From Zygophlyctis sp. KS116 (taxonomy: Eukaryota > Fungi > Chytridiomycota): 32,000 nucleotides of DNA. The DNA lies in assembly GCA_054661495.1 (NCBI GenBank), contig BAAFSQ010000017.1, forward strand, positions 30,001 to 62,000. The letters are read 5' to 3'. The notes below the pieces were generated by a model that ran no database searches, had not been told where the DNA came from, and was given only the letters and a program-made list of their open reading frames with translations. Numbering within the stretch: the stretch's first letter is position 1; each line of letters starts with the position of its first letter. Position numbers and translations under genes: made by a program. Of this stretch, positions 30,037 to 32,000 are shown one piece after another.

Positions 30037-32000
30037 ATGGAAAATCAAAGGAAATATCATTCAGAATCTTCTTTAATTGATCCTTTAAAACTACAAAACT
30101 CTATTCTTGCAAAGTTATTGTCTGCTGTCAGTGCTCCTTCACTCGGCGCTAAACTTCACCCGTTACTAGACGATCAGGATGAAAATAAACCAACTAGTTA
30201 TATAGATTTAATGTTGGCCGCAGAGACATTAGAAAATATATTAATGGAAGGGACGCTAATCGGCGCAACTTTTAGAAGTCGGATCGCTCCTTCAAAGGAA
30301 TATGGGAAAATGAATTGTAGAGTTTTAAAACTTGTGTATGGAACTATGAAGTGTATTCTAAATTTTTTTAATCATAAAGTTTTGCCCTGCATTGATATTA
30401 TGCTTATGAAGACTCAATTTTTAGTCTATAATGCAGAAGTAAGTTAAAATATCTCACTTTTAGTTTGTAAATCATTTAGGATTGGTCAAGATTTTGATAT
30501 ATGAACTTATGCAGCATCATTTTGATTATAGAGTGTATCCAGGGATTAATTATATAATTCACCAAACCAGTAAATTGTCAGAAAAAGATTTGGAATATGA
30601 AAATAATCGAATATCTCTAGTAAAGGATTTATCAGAAAGTCTCAGAGAATTTAATATAAAATTATCTGCTGCATTTGCTAGAATAAGGATTGAAAATAAT
30701 GCATCGGGATCTAGTCTAAAGGAACAAATGCTGAATATTTTGTCGCCAGAAGTTCAAATCAAGGAAAATATTGCAATTGAAATGAGCAAGACTTTTAGAA
30801 TTAATTCGTCAAAGATTTCTTTAGAGTCTTTAGAAAAGGCATTTGAAAAGTTGGGGATTTCGTTTTCAAATTCACAGGCCGTTTCAGAATTAGAGTAATA
30901 ATTGATTTTATATAAATTTTTAGAAATGATAGTAGAACAGTCTATCTTGATTCTGATTTTCCTGATTTGATTGCGGTACCTTCCGATCTTTTCATGGATA
31001 TAAATTCAAGCTATTTGGTTCAACAAGGGGCTTTGATATTCCAAGATAAAGCAAGTACATGCGCTATTAATTTTCTTAAAAAATCTTTTAATATTGAAGG
31101 GAAGCAAGTTATCGAAGCAAGAGCTGGGTGTGGTTAGTGAAAAAAATATGTAATCTGATAGGAATTAAAACAATTCAACTTTCAAGTGCAATAGGTAAAA
31201 AAGGGAAGCTTTTCGCTTGTGAAAAGAGAATTGGGCGTCTCAATTCATTGAAATCTCATTTAAGTCAAAATTACTGCGATAGTAAAAATAGTAAATAGAT
31301 TAACAGTTAGACGTTAATGTTGTAGAAGAAGATTTTACTACAATTAATCCAAAAGATCCAAACTATGCTGATGTTCAATGTGTAATTATCGAGCCGCCAA
31401 ATTCTGGAACTGCGATAATAGATAAACTAGGATTCTTGCTGCAGGAAGAAGGTAAAATCTATTGATCTTACCAACATAGAATTCCCCGTTGATCATCACA
31501 CTCAAAAAGATTTGATTCTATTAAAACAACAACAGCTTAAAATCTTAAAGCATGCATTTAAATGTAAGGGTGGCTTTTTTAATAATGATTTAGTCCCAAA
31601 TATTAAATTGGTTTTATATATTACAAGATCCATTCATCCCCAGGAAAATGAAAACATTGTTCAGGAACTCAAAGACATTTTGGGGTCTGGATGGCGACTA
31701 GAACCGGTTTTACCAGAAATTTCATTCGAGTCTCATTATGATTATGAAATTGGTAATTATGCACTTAACTTAATTTAGATGAAACTTTAAAAGTGGCCCC
31801 TTCATTTGAATTTGGGAATGGTATTTTTATGGCAGCTTTCAAGAGATGGAATAAGCAAGATCAAGAGGAAGCACGCAAGATTGAATTAGCTGCAGCACAA
31901 GCAAAAATACCGACTCAAAGTGTAGAGGTGAAGATAAAAAAAAAGGTAAATAATAATTGCATAGTTGATAATACAGAAAAATCGCAAATCTCCTGAAAAG
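30037..32000 (+). CDS. NSUN7/NSUN5-like RsmB-family protein, predicted catalytically inactive; 3' end probably outside the window
   Basis: LIFQDKAS, VIEARAGC|GIKT (motif I), EEDF..I.P.D, EPPNSG (motif IV), Q...LKHAF, YITRSIHPQENE (motif VI), NGIFMA. About nine tiny introns. A likely intron from 31946 carries the frame past 32000. Confidence 0.82.

Noticed and set aside
1-32000. Alternative genetic code, selenocysteine or mass pseudogenisation to explain the fragmented ORFs
   Set aside because: Almost every in-frame stop falls inside a removable GT-AG micro-intron, and TAA, TAG and TGA all act as true terminators.
1-32000. tRNA, rRNA or transposase genes
   Set aside because: None seen. The 18S-like 20-mer at 8540-8559 is the snoRNA guide, not an rDNA fragment.

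Overview
AT-rich, extremely compact eukaryotic DNA, most likely from a zoosporic (chytrid-like) early-diverging fungus. The taxon is inferred from a CCG-9-type trehalose phosphorylase, Arc1 and a fungal-type ELYS occurring together with the flagellate-associated CCDC162 and NSUN7 families and DDRGK1. About 22 protein genes tile almost the whole window. They are split by roughly 75-80 tiny GT-AG introns of 23-34 nt, which explains the fragmented ORF track. Order: ALG2(-), VMA22-like(+), CSN7-like(-), lunapark(+), kinesin-10(-), DDRGK1-like(-), DBP8(-), SHMT(-), ELYS-like(+), MAM33(-), forkhead(-), HPP(-), trehalose phosphorylase(-), bL17m(+), CCDC162-like(+), ARC1(+), orphans, SHP/UBX-like(-), NSUN7-like(+, runs off the end). 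Main points of interest: (1) operon-like same-strand gene trains with 5-38 nt spacers; (2) a single long intron (143 nt, in SHMT) hosting a C/D snoRNA matching snR79 (18S Cm1007); (3) a perfect 48-bp palindrome in a bidirectional promoter; (4) an HPP transporter separated from an in-frame forkhead ORF by one TAG; (5) an NSUN protein lacking both catalytic cysteines; (6) a 315-bp tandem duplication of a bidirectional promoter; (7) two frame anomalies in the CCDC162-like gene. All gene models were spliced by eye and none are confirmed by RNA data.
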